From: Oikopleura dioica
Taxonomy: Eukaryota > Animalia > Chordata
NCBI GenBank assembly: GCA_907165135.1
Contig: OU015566.1
Span: 7,130,001-7,194,000, forward strand
Reading direction: 5' to 3'
Length of the DNA: 64,000 nt
Shown: positions 36,802 through 49,133 of the stretch, piece by piece
Numbering within the stretch: the first letter of the stretch is position 1
How the letters are laid out: every line of letters starts with the position of its first letter
The notes under the pieces: model-generated
Database searches by the model: none
What the model saw: the letters and a program-made list of their open reading frames with translations, nothing else
What the model was told of the DNA's origin: nothing
Program-made: the position numbers and the translations under genes

Positions 36802-39742
36802 TTAGCAAGTGATAATAGACATTGACTTGTCCATCTTCACCCACTGGCTTTTCCATTGAGTATTGCATTTCACCGCAAATTTGTTTTGAGTCAAGTGAGA
36901 ATCGTTTTCGCATTTTACAATGCACCATTTTCGTCCAACCGATCCACCACATGCGAGCTTGTGACCAGTCGGTAGAAATTTGGATGGAATCGAATCTTGA
37001 GTGCATTTTTCAGTAGGAACAGAAACACTATCTCCAGTGCAGCTTGGTAGCTAAAATAATTTCGAAAGGTGATTAATTTATATAACTGACCGTGGTCCCC
37101 TTCGCTTTTATCCAAATATTCTGCTTCTTTCGACAGATCACTCCGTATCCTCCCGCGTCATTTCCATTTTCGCAGACAAGTCTGCATTTGTTTCCCTGGC
37201 ACTGCCAAGAATGCTCTCCTTCTGGCTTGTGCTTCTCCGGAATGCAGGACGCGTCGCACTTTGATGTGAGACAATCGTCTGGCAGTTCACAGGTTGGAGC
37301 AGATCCTGAATTCGATTTTTTGACGGATCATTTTTCCTTTTACCTTTGACAACTCTCCAGCTGTTCGTTTTTCCTCTATGCATACATCTGATAAGATAAT
37401 TTCTATCAATGAAGTTTCCAGCACATTTTGCTTTGCAACTTCGAGTTCTCTTCTTCACATTAGTACAGGCCCAAGTTAATGCGCCGGTAGAGGATTCTAA
37501 TGAGCTTGGAATTGACGAGATAGGGCAGATTGCAGGAGTTTGGGTTGTTGTTATCGTTGAAGTCGTCGTCGAAGTCGTCGTTGTAGTCGTCGTGGTAGTC
37601 GACGACGTTGTTGTCTTCCAACTTTCATCGAGGCATTCGTAGTTGCCATAAAGCGACTCTGTCCGGAAGCAAAAATACGCATGTCCTGCAAAGTTGTAAG
37701 CAGTGTAATAAGTTCCACCAGTCGAATATTTATACAGTCTCCACGATCCGTACGCGTATCTGATCACATTTTCAATTCCTTCACATGTGTAGTATGCTGT
37801 TTTATCTTCTGGCCCTGTCCTGTGACAGATTCTCCATCCCAACCTAGGATTCTACTTTTTTTGTATTATTTTCTTGTAACTTACTTCAACTTCTTACAGC
37901 ACTCATTTTTTACCACGCAGTCATTTCCATTCGGATCCGCCCAAGATGCAGGCCAGCTTCTCCCAACTTCTTCGTTGTTGTTCACATATCCATCTTTGCA
38001 AGAGCACTTGAATCCGTCCCGAACGTCCGTGCAGTCAGCATTGGGACCGCAAGTATGAGTCCCAAGGGCGCATTCGTCTACTTCGGGGATAAAAGCGCAC
38101 GATTTTCCGTCACCTTTGTATCCTTCGTTACATTTGCAAGAGAAACCTTCGAATCTGCTGGTACAAGTCGCATTTTCATCACAATCATTGGAAGCACAAT
38201 TATCAGGCAAAGCAGGTCCATCTTTAGCGCAGGAAAGTCGAGTGCCTAGCCGATTCATTTTGATGTTCATTGGTGGACAGATATTAGCGCCGCCATTCAC
38301 TTTGTCCCAATAACTATAACTTCCACCTGAATTCAGTTTTGGTTAGATTCCTTTATTTTCTTTACCTGGAAAGGGGTAGTAGCTGGGAGTCATATGGTAC
38401 CACCAAGATGTCCACAAAGAGATAATGCCGCTTCCGTCGGGGCAACTCCAAGTTTCCCGGCCAGACGTTACTGAATCTGGATTGTAAACGCATGTGTAGC
38501 ATTTGCTTCGGCAAAGAAAAATTCCCCCGCAACATCCATTCGGTGTTCTTGGGTATTTTTCATTGCACGTGGCTAGACTTCCATCTTCATCTTCTCCGCC
38601 AGGGCAATCTTGAGTTCCGTCGCAAAGTCGATCCGTGAATACTTTCCGTTTTTCTCCAACTTTATCTTCAGAAGAGCAAGTCGCCGTGTCCGATAATTCG
38701 TAATCGGGAAACATCGGTGCTCCATCAGAAAAGGGTTTGGTCAACCCTTGACAGTACATTTTTTGTATTTGTAATGCATCAGTCGTTGTTATTTTATTTC
38801 TACGTGTGAGATGAGACTCGTCTTTAAACGTTGCAATGGGTTGATCACTGTTCGCGAAGGTGAAGGAACTGTACTGCATAATGGATACTGGATCGTAAGT
38901 ATCCGAAGTATCGAACCATCTTTCGGAAGAAACTTTGCTCCAAGCACCTTATAATTTCCGATTTGCAATTTCAATCTTACGTAATATTACCTGGATTTGA
39001 TGTTCTTTCGGGAAAGTAATCAATATATTCGTCTCTATCAGGCCGCTGTTGCTCATGGAGAACTCCGAGCGCATGCAGAACCTCGTGCTGGGTAACGCCT
39101 GTGCTTTGAGCGCAGCCAGTTGTCAAATTAATTTTCTGCCAGCCAGCAGGAACTCCCAATCCAGCGATTCCCCAACCTTTGCTTTTACCAACTGCAGACG
39201 AACAACCCGTATGTTTGACGAAAATGATCCCATGTCGAAACTCTTCGGTTGTTTCTACCGAAACGTTTTCAAGGAATGGCATATGAAAGCATCCCAAAGC
39301 AGTTTCTAGTGACTTCATGTACTGTATAATTTTGTCCTGCTCCGCATTCAATGACGAATGAGACCAGACCGCCTTTATGACAAGTTAGAAAATATTCGTA
39401 CAAACCATTCAAAAGTTTATTTCTAACTCATTCCTTCAATTTTAGGCAGCCATTTGTAAGAAGACTTGTACAATGCTCGAACCATAAGGTCATCATCTTC
39501 AACTAAACTACCATCCTCGTTGATTGCTTGCGACTCGTCCTCGATGATATTCCATTCAGATGTATTGACACCATAGGATTCGAATTCTTTCGCCTTTCAG
39601 AAAAAAGTTGCTATTCCCTCAATCTATTGGTACTTACAATCTCTTTGGAAATAAACATCTCGTCCTCGAAAACCTCTTCCTCAATTTCTTCAAAAATCTC
39701 TTGGGCCATTGACCCGACCAAAAGCCCGAAAAGGAGCTTCAT
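36802..39742 (-). CDS. Secreted astacin (M12A) metalloprotease with LDLa, two EGF, two Cys/Trp modules, a Thr linker and three Sushi-like repeats
   Basis: ATG at 39742 (MKLLFGLLVGSMA) and an acidic prodomain. HEVLHALGVLHEQQRPDRD zinc motif and SIMQY Met-turn. LCDGTQDCPGGEDE (LDLa) and EGF repeats at 37900-38190. Ends ...SMSIITC* (TAA at 36802-36804). Confidence 0.92.
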
Positions 39743-39949
39743 TTTCGAAAGTATTCGATTCAAAATTTTTCGAAAATGGCGCACGGTGGGTGTAAAGCAG
39801 CTTTTATATGCTGCACAAGAATGTTGGTGGTTCTATCAACCACAAGCCTTAATTCGACGAATATTTTCATGTTTCTTCTCAAGAACCAACGAGAATTTAT
39901 GTTTCAAACATCGTTCTAAAAAGCCTTCCAATCCATGTATTCAAAACGG

Positions 39950-40473
39950 CTTCACAGGAGGAAGTAATTTTCGAATACCAACTCCCTCATTTCAACCTTA
40001 TAATTTCGCGAAAAAAATCGCCCTTCGAACTTGTCTTCCTGGTTTCCTTGATCCCTCAAATTGCAAATTCCAGATGAGGCGGATAAAAAAGTAAGCGTGA
40101 GAAAGATCGGTGCTCAGCGATGCAAATCCATGAGCAGGTACTTATCCTGTTTGGAGAAAAGCGATCGCAATCTTGTTTTGCCAAAACCAAACGGTTGAGT
40201 ACTTTCAAAAATAACCGGAACCACAACAGTTGCCTGAGATTTATTTTCTCAGGCTACGATTTTATGCTTCCTCGAAGATCCTCGTCGTTGAATTTCGTGG
40301 CTTTTCGGGCAAGAAAATCGTCAATTTTTATCACATCTTTTATTTATTTGTCGATAATCTTATCGACATTAATCTTTTCTTACTGTATAGAACGCTCAAG
40401 ACGTCGCCATAAATTCCTGAGAGTTCTGAAGAAGGCGTGGGCGCCCGTTCTGAGAAGGAGCGAAGGCAAATAA
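39950..40473 (+). CDS. Possible small single-pass membrane protein; 5' exons unclear
   Basis: GT-AG introns at about 40091-40137 and 40191-40252 give ...YLSCLEKSDRNLVLPKPNGYDFMLP...IFITSFIYLSIILSTLIFSYC (TM) followed by the basic tail IERSRRRHK...SEGK*. No start identified. Confidence 0.35.
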
Positions 40474-42960
40474 AAGTAATAATTACCAGACGCCAGAGCC
40501 TTAATTGGAGCAAAGTGAAAGGAATTTCAGAAGAGAGGGTAAACACCCTATTTGTTTTGGGACGAGTGGCGACTTTGTAAAGATCTAAAGAGAATGGGAT
40601 ACAGAGAAAATTTTAGATTGAGGACCAAATAAAGTGAATTCCACATTCTTTGACGACCTTGTTATCAAGAAGAAAGCAAAGAAGCTGTAACTTTGATTTT
40701 ATTTTTTTCTCTTTAGTAAGTAAATTTATCGATTAGTTGTCCTCTCGAAAAGTGGCGCGAGCTCGCTTCGGGTGGTCCCTTAAATTAAAGTTCTAAGTTG
40801 AGATCAAACTTTTTTATCGGTTTTGAAAAGTTCCCCTGGAGGCGCTTTCGGAGAGTTATTTTGCGAAGCTTTTTCTGCGCGCCTACTCCCTTTTAAAAAT
40901 TGTTTTACTACAAAGCATACTAGCACGTCGATTTTGACCGACCGGCTTCGTCTTTTTTTAGCGTCGCCCTTCGTTCTCCACCGCCCGGTCTAGTGAAATG
41001 CCCGGTGCAGTACGCTCAGCAAGGCAAAATGCCTCGGTGCTTCCTTTAGGGTGTCTGTCCTATTTATGCAAATCTCGTTAGATAGAAGTTCGAATAGCTA
41101 CTCCATCTTTGATAATTTTTCGAACCTACCAAAGAAAGATAAGACGAAAATATTGATCAGTTTTTTTTTAATGTACCCTAAGGAGGGGGTCGACGAGAAT
41201 CGGGATTTTTTGGCCAAAAATGCGGGAAACCCTGATAAGATAGGCAAAATCTGATTTTACTTGTGGATAGAATGGTTGTTAAATCAAACGGCGAAAACTA
41301 GAAAACATTTTGGCCAGAAAAAATCGGTCAAAAATCCCGTCAAAGAAGGGCCATTTTCCCGAAAATGCACCAAAAATTGTCAATTTTCTTACATCTTCAT
41401 TTCTTACAATCTTAAGATCATCGCAATTTTATTTTTCAAAAGGAGTATTTAATTGTTTTAATAATAATGTTCGCTCTATCAATTTTTTACGCATGAAAGA
41501 TATTGTTATCTTCGAAGACTTTTCTTTGAAATCCTTGCTGTGCTTATTGCGTTCAAAATTGCCGTGGAAAATGAACTTGTTGATATCGAATTCCATGTCG
41601 CATGGAAGTGGAGCTGGAGTACCCTACTCGGTGGTGCTGGATTGGCGGTGGGCTGGGGCCGCTCGCGGGCGGAGCAGCGCCGCCACGACCAGCGTCAACT
41701 ACAACCGTCTCTACAACTGCCACACTCGCACACTCGAACCCAAAAAAATCTCCTTTTTTAAAAAAAAACCCGAGGCTCCGATTCAATCAGCGCAATCTGC
41801 GTCGGCTCCTCCGCCCCGTTATTATTTTTTTAAAGACAGGCGGAGAGAACAGAGAGAATAAAAGAGACAGAGCGTTTTCTAGCCCAGGCCCTGACCACCT
41901 TCCTTTTCTTGGAAAACTTGAGGGAATTGAGAATGATAATAAGATTTTGAAGAATTGCAGGTGGTAGGGGGCCGGGGCGATTCCCGACCAGGACATTTTT
42001 TTTTCTTTTGGAAGCGTGGGCTCTAGCCCGACCGGTTCTTGGGCCGACCAGCCTCAAGGCGATTCCTGCGACCACCACCACACCCTATCCTGGTGTCGAA
42101 TGGCACAACACCGGCACCAAGCTACACACTACGACTCTGGCTCATTCATTCAAAAAATAAAGAGATAGAGAGTGTTGAATTGGAAGAAAAACATCATTTT
42201 GAAAAATTACATTTTCTGCTTGGATTTAGGTCCACCACCTTACAGTTCTGTCAAGGGTTGAGCCATTGCTCTTGAAGAATTGCAGGTGGTAGGTTCTGTC
42301 CGGGAACGATCGACAATTATGACTCCAGAAGAAAATTACTTCAAAGCAAAAATAGACTTGCAGAGGATGAGTTTTATCCCATCTCATGACGTTTTATGAA
42401 TTATTTTCACAATAATAAGGAAAACACAGGCATGTTTTTAATTTATTAATTGCACCAATTTAATCTTGTGTGAATGATTGCATATGTATGATAAAATATA
42501 ATTTTCCGGCTGATTATATTGCTGCTTTTTATTCCCTTATATACGGACCGAAAACCGGCATATTTTCTTATTTTATTATTTTTAGCTTGAATTAATTTTG
42601 ATTGAAAATATTTAGACAGAAAAATAAATCGATATGTCCGGTAAATGTCCGACTGCAGTGTAATTACATTGGATTTCTTTAAGGTTATTCGGTATGCATA
42701 TGAAAATTGAAGAGAAAGTTTCCGTTGCATTTGAAAATATTTTCGAATTTGTGCATCATTCAAGTATAAAAGCTGGCTTTTGGCGGCTAATCCCCGCATC
42801 GACTTCCTCCATTTTGCATTTTTTGCAAAAAGAATGCGCTGCCATGCGTGAAATTCCAAATCCTGTCGAATCACCACGCGTGACCACTCAAAAACGAATT
42901 CGACAAATTCCAATCCAACCCGAACTTTTGGTGTTTTCTCAAAGAATCAAAGGTTTATTT

Positions 42961-43790
42961 TCAAGAATGAAAATGGTTTAATTTTGGTGGAGTTCGTGGA
43001 ATTTCTTTTGGAGTATCTTTTGTTGTTGGAATTCCACGGGTCGAAGAGTAAGCTCCTCTTCCTGAAACTCGAATGTTCTCATTGAACAAATCGATATTCG
43101 CAGTTTCTTGAGTCTTATACGACTTGTATTTGGTACTCTCTTTTGCCGCCTTGATTCTAGCGTTCAAGGTCTCATTCATTTTCTTCCAGTCATCCTCAGA
43201 AACCGCCAATTTGCGTACGCTTGACTTTGCTGTTGTATGTTTTTCCGCATAATTTGAGATTTTCTCCTTCGAATTTTCACCTGGGACAACGTATTCTTTT
43301 TGAAAATTGATACTTGCATCGCCGTATTTTTGCGCTACTCCGTATCTCGGTCGCTCAGTGTGTTCATATTTTCGTTGGAGACGGGTAAAGATGTCCGGGA
43401 ATTGGAAGTCTTCCTTGCTATCAAGAGAAAAAGGCCCAAGGGGAGCATGTCGGACAGGATCTTTTGTTACTTCGGGAAAAGTGAATCCACGCCCTTCCAG
43501 TTCCTTTCTTGGTTCTTACTGATTAGAATTTTGAAAAGAAAAGACGATTGAACCATGCATAAAAGAATAAGTGAGCGCCGCCTTTCCCAGTACAAAGTCC
43601 ATATCGAGGCCGATCCACGTGATCGTATTTTCTCAATAAATCAACAAAATCATGGAATTTCTCTGTCTCATCTTCAGGCACAAGTTCGTAGTCGACAAGA
43701 TAATTGTGCCTCTTTCTCGGCTTTATTTCGCCCGTCATTTTTCAAGTCGCTTTCCAAAAAATGGTTCTCCATGCCAAAACATGGATACAA
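42961..43790 (-). CDS. Unknown basic protein with a duplicated RKY.H..RPRYG motif; apparent -1 frameshift in the T-run at 43738-43742
   Basis: Spliced minus frame gives ...DLLRKYDHVDRPRYGLCTGKGGA..., ...TRLQRKYEHTERPRYGVAQKYGDA..., then ...AVSEDDWKKMNETLNARIKAAKES...HFHS*. Confidence 0.55.
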
Positions 43791-44039
43791 ATAGATCGGA
43801 CAACGCAAATATTTTTATCAATGATTTCTTTCCTAAAAGATCCTTAACCAGAACTTTGTAGGAACTTTGATCGAAGATTGGCCTTCTTGCCAGGTTACTA
43901 AAGCAAATGCATTACGAATTCAGTGCGCTTCTTTTCTTCGGATGTTTATGAACTGAAGGCTACTAATTTTGGGAAAGTAGCGTCTGCTGCCGGCTGCAAG
44001 TAATCACAATTTTTTATTTTATGTTTCAAATAACAAAAA

Positions 44040-45427
44040 ATGAAATACTCAATTTTCGCACTTTTTGTTGGCAAAATAAATGGCCAATCTTGCCCGTAAG
44101 AATTTGCCCTACCACTTTCGATATAAATTACAATTTTTCAGAGATCAAGAAATCGGCAATTTGTGCGAGTCAAATTGCAAAGAAGACCTCCTTACTTGTC
44201 TAGAGAACTGCTCAACTGCTGCTTGTCAAGAAGAATGCTATCTTGCTGACGTTCTTTGCGAGACAAAATGTCCTTGCAACATTTACTGTCCTGATGGCTG
44301 CGAAAACTGCGACCATCCGCTTTGCAATCAGCCCTCTTGTCTTGAAGAAAACGAGCTTGAATATGCTAACTGCATTCAATCGGCAAAAGACGCGCTCTTC
44401 AGTTGCTACGATGGATGCGTAAGCGACTTGGAAATCGACTGCTACAGTGACTGTAATGATGAGAGTCTTTTGAGCATCGAGAGCTGCCCCTGCATGAATG
44501 GTTGCTCACTTGGCTGTCCCTGTGACAACTACACCTGCTCGGGAACAAACACAAGAATTACTCATCTCGGCGTTTCTTGGCAATATCCAAACTTTCCCCC
44601 AGTCCTCTATATGACCGACAACATGGGTTTGACAATGGACCCTGTCGACTACGATTTTGTTGAAACCTACACAAACAGCTTGATTTACGCTGATTTCGCG
44701 ATTCTCCGCGACGTCGTTTACATCTTCGGAGGCAACGACTGGGAGAACAGTGTTCAAAAAGTAACTGACGACTGTACTGTCGAGAGACTTGACATTCGAC
44801 CTGTTTACAGGCACAAGAGTACAGGGGGCATTGAAACTTTCGAAGATAAAATCTGGCTGTGTTTCTATGAATACAAGTCGTGCCAAACCTTCGACGGAGT
44901 ACAATTCGAAGCAGCCTCGGGAAGAACTGCGGATGATCATCAATATGGCTCCCTCTGTACTTATGAAAATACACTCATTGGAATCGGAGGGAAAGGTAAA
45001 AAGGAGAGTGTTGAAATCTATCTTGGCGGGGGATGGATGAAGCCGGCAGACACTGATCATCCAATTGGGCTTTACGATGGAGAATGCGTGAATGTAGAAG
45101 AAGGGGTTCTCACGATGGCGGGAGAATATGGAAAGGAAATTTACTTGCTAAAGGAATTGAGATGGACCAATGTTGGAAGACTTTTAACGGTAGATTGGAA
45201 AGAAAATAATGATTGATAAATATGAAATTTAGGCGGTGAGTGTCCCAACCTTCGTAAAACTCGGGAACGAAATAATCCTATTCGCTGGAGCAAAAACTTC
45301 TGATGTTCAAAAAATGCTCTGGAATGGAGAATCTATTGAAGATGTTGAAGTTATTTATCAACAACCTGAAGACGGAATTTTCAACCCAATTGTCTTCGAG
45401 AGTTCTTCTAGCAAATGTAAAGCGTGA
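44040..45427 (+). CDS. Secreted Cys-rich (CPC...CP.GC repeats) protein with a C-terminal kelch-like beta-propeller
   Basis: Signal peptide MKYSIFALFVGKING, intron about 44096-44140, two C...C...C...C..CPC...CP.GC units, then GG/G-W-spaced blades (VYIFGGN, LIGIGGK, VLTMAGE, IILFAG). The last exon ends at 45427. Confidence 0.8.
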
Positions 45428-45497
45428 ATAAATTTTTTAGGAATATATTTATTTGATCCAAAATGGAAGATCAAAAACAATATTATATTGAATATTT

Positions 45498-46855
45498 TCA
45501 TCGGAGTTTCCGCACTCTTGTGACGCGAATTTTCGAAGCATTTTCATAATTGTCTTTTTGATGCTCTGCTGAATACTCATTATAATTGATAATTGATGTC
45601 TGCAGAATACCTGGATCAATTTTATAAGTCTTCAGACTTGCTTCTGAAAGAAGAAGGGCTTTTCTTTTCTCGATTCTTTCAAGATCTTTCAGAGCAAACT
45701 CGAGTCGTTTTCGAGCTCCTTCTGCGGAAGTTTTTACGATTTCAGCAACGTTCATTTCCATGCCAATAATTGACTTGATACTGTCGCTCGCTGTTCTCAT
45801 CGGACCCTTATCAAAGTTGATGCTCGTTAGTAAAAGGGCTTCTACCTGGCAAATTTCTTCTTCAAGGGCTGAATTGGCATCGATATAGTCTTGTGTATCA
45901 GTCATTATTTCGCTGAACGTATTTTTGACGCCCTCGAAATCTTTGATCGCTTTCTCCGCCACTTGATCTGCCTCGATACTCAGTTCTTTCACCTTCTGTA
46001 CAGTCTTTTTGGCCATTTGAAGATACTTTTCTGTCAATTTGATTCTGTCGCATATCCCAACATCTTGAACTCCATTAGCTGCCGCCTCGCAGCAGGCGCC
46101 AAGAATAAACTCCCTGAAAGTCAGATCATTTGCTCCACAATGTTCTCCAGAAAGCGATGCCGGGCATTTGAAAACGGATTCCGAGCAGTTTCCAAATTTG
46201 AACTTTCGACTTTCAGACGAGTCTGCTTTTTCTGCGCAAAACTCGCATAGACTTATTTGCTCATCGATAACTGCGGCTTTTGGCACTGCCCTTAATCTTT
46301 CAATAAGACTAAATAAGGCCCAAAAAGGGAGCTTACGAACCAGTTACAATAATCACATTTTATAAGTAGGCCATAAGAAGACACAAACTCTTTTTTGATT
46401 CCTCTGAACATTTTCCTTTTCTCTTCTCTATTAAAATTATTCATAACATCCTGCTTGCGAAAATAAGCTCTAGAAAGACATTTATTCACCAATCACTTTA
46501 TTGAAGCTATTGAAGATTTGGTGCGAGAACTGCGCTCAAGACTTTTCGAACCAGAATGAGAAACAGTGCTGAAATCAATTGACTTGGAAAACTGTCCTTT
46601 TCGAGCCGAATCTGGATGGAAGGGATTAAGAACTGAGTTTTTCTTACTGCTTGATTTTCGACAGCTATTTGGAGACATTGTGCTGGATTTCGTGACTTTT
46701 TTGGTTTTTTGAGCGATTTTCTTCCATGATTTCAAAAGAAAGGTACTGTTTATTAGTTTGTTATTCAGAATCTGAATTTCAGATATAAGAAATAATCCGA
46801 AGAAGCCTGAACAATATCTAGATATAAATAATGATATCTTTCTATTTTTGTACAA
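45498..46855 (-). CDS. Unknown coiled-coil protein; more 5' exons likely up to about 47300
   Basis: 262-codon open frame with heptad-like E/K/L/A composition and a Cys cluster (CEFC...C...C...HC...CCE), plus an upstream 120-codon open frame. Confidence 0.55.
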
Positions 46856-49097
46856 TTATCGTTCCAGATATACACTTTATCAGCGCAATTTATAATTTTA
46901 TTTGATATTCTTCAACAAATGTTGGATCCCTTTATCAACCGTTGCGTCATCTTGATAGAAAGTATTACTTCAAAAAAGAAAATTTCTCTTAAGAAAATTG
47001 CTCTTTTGAAGACTGTAATTGCTCAAAAAACTTCCCTGTAATGGTTGAACTTCTTTTTGACATGGCGATTCGATTTCGCGAACCGAATTTGGAGACATTT
47101 CCAATATTGTCCGGAAGCGATAAATTCTTCGTCAGCGCCTCCTGAATTCACTTGAAAACGGCTACTTGTTAAACTTTATGAACAAACGTGAGGGAGTTGT
47201 AACGAGTTGCGCTTGAGATTGAAGGGCACAGAAGTTGATGTGGACAGTGATGCTCGTCGGCTGAGATACTTCGCTTCAGAAAGTCTACGAATATAAAACT
47301 CAAATTTAAATTGCTGATGAATATATCTTTTTCTTAAGCTATTTTCAGCTCTTAAATGCTTTAATTGTCTTTAAAATAGAAATAATGGCCCAATAAATCC
47401 AAAATTAAACCCTTATAGATTTAAATGATTTTCATATAACTAATTTGAAGATTTGTTTTTTCAACCAGAAAACTTTTATACCAGTCTTTTGTCAAAAAAA
47501 CATTCAGAAAGTTATGCCGCAATAACTAATGCGGGCAAATTGTAATCCGAAAAATTTAGACTACTCTTTGCCCTGAAAATGCGAACTGAACGGAACGTTC
47601 TAGACGAAGTTATGATATTTGGCGATAAAAAGGTTGTGTTTTAATATTATGGGTAAACACAAGGTTCCCGAAGCCTAGGCGCTCGGTAAAAACAAGCGTA
47701 ACCTAAACAAAGCATAAGCGTAAAATGATGTCAGTACTTTCAATGTTCGAGGGATAGGGCTTGAGATTCTTGTTCAGTGTAATGACGAACAAGTGTTCTA
47801 AGTGTAGGAGCAATGAGGAGCATCGTCATAAATATAAAGTACACCCTTCTTTGGGCTTTTATTGAAGAAACATTTGTTGAACAAATGTTTAGGACTCGTG
47901 ACGAAGCTTTTATCCTTACTCTTTTATTATTATCGGACCAAAAATAGACACTTCGTTCTTTCATAAAATATTCTCATTTACTAGGGCCTCAATTCCCGGA
48001 GAAACTATCATCGCAGATGCCGATTTTTATCTGAAAAAAATGAATTTAACATGATGACACCCTTATTCTGGCCGCGCCTGATTTCATATGATTTTAAACT
48101 TTAATAATCGTAGTATTTAATTAAAACTGTGCACTTAAGGGTATCAACAACGATGGAATAAGGGGCTCTTTTATGAGTCGACCCCGTTATTTCGTTGTTG
48201 GGAGTCCCAACAACGAAACTTGGGACTAGGGTTGGCCAAAAAAAGGGATGGGCCTTCGATTTCCTTTAAACTTTCCTAGATTATTTATTTGGGTCCATAT
48301 AATAAATATTTTCAAAAAAATTCCAAAAAAAATTTTCGCCTACCCTTTTTTGGAGGGCTGAAAATAGCCAAAAACCTGTTTTTTCCCCATAACAAGCTTA
48401 TCTGCTGCATGCTTACTGAGAAAAAGGGTAAAACTTGAATACTAAAAATCCGCCTACGCAAAAAAATACGGTTTTGTATACCGATTTTCGAGGTCTTCCG
48501 CTCAACTTGATGATTCATATGGGGTATCAAAATGTTCGTCTCGTCGAGATCTATCAGAAACTGCAATAAAATTCGCTGAAATGAGACTTCACTTTTTTCT
48601 TGGCCTACCCTACTTGGGACCCTTAAAAGTCTTAAGGGAGTATTGACTACAAAGTCGTTACCAATAAACATTTTTCTCGTCAATTAACTTACATTCTGTA
48701 GTCTTCATCCACGTCAATATCGTTTATTTCAGAGAGTATCTTCTTGCAAGACTTGATTCTTGAAAACAATGCTCAAGATGGTCAAAACTCTACTTAAGAG
48801 TCTAGCCCTTGTTTGTTATAAAAATATCTTGATCTAGTTAATTTCGAACCGTCAATTCGATCGAAAATGGATAAACGATTCCGGAAATGCTACGTCCATG
48901 GTTTGAATGAAACAAATTCGAATTATCAAGCTGTCTGGTCGTTCGTTAGCTTTACAAATTGGCAAAACAGATCAAGATCAAACGAAAAAATAATTGTTTT
49001 TACCAGAGTTCTGATGAAAGAGCTAGTCGCTTTCAGGAATTTGTTTAACGAAGAATCGCTGTTCTAACGTTTCAGACTCAAATTGGAAGCCTCAAAC

Positions 49098-49133
49098 TTA
49101 GGGCGAGGGTTAGGGTTAGGGTTAGGGTTAGGG
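49098..49133 (+). repeat. Interstitial telomere-type repeat: (TTAGGG)4 plus 2 variant units
   Basis: TTAGGG CGAGGG (TTAGGG)4. Shorter tracts at about 58705-58720 and 59527-59537. Confidence 0.8.

Noticed and set aside
39528-40094. 188-aa plus-strand ORF
   Set aside because: Its first half is antisense to the astacin 5' exons and it has no sensible start; only the 3' end may be exonic.
41310-42330. GC-rich patch with ORFs in several frames, a GPPPYSSVKG* segment and a 22-nt direct repeat (TTGAAGAATTGCAGGTGGTAGG at about 41947 and 42271)
   Set aside because: Possibly exonic, but no coherent spliced model or family could be supported.
48190-48218. 14-bp perfect hairpin TTTCGTTGTTGGGA-G-TCCCAACAACGAAA
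   Set aside because: Real but too short to assign; probably a fragment of a repeat.
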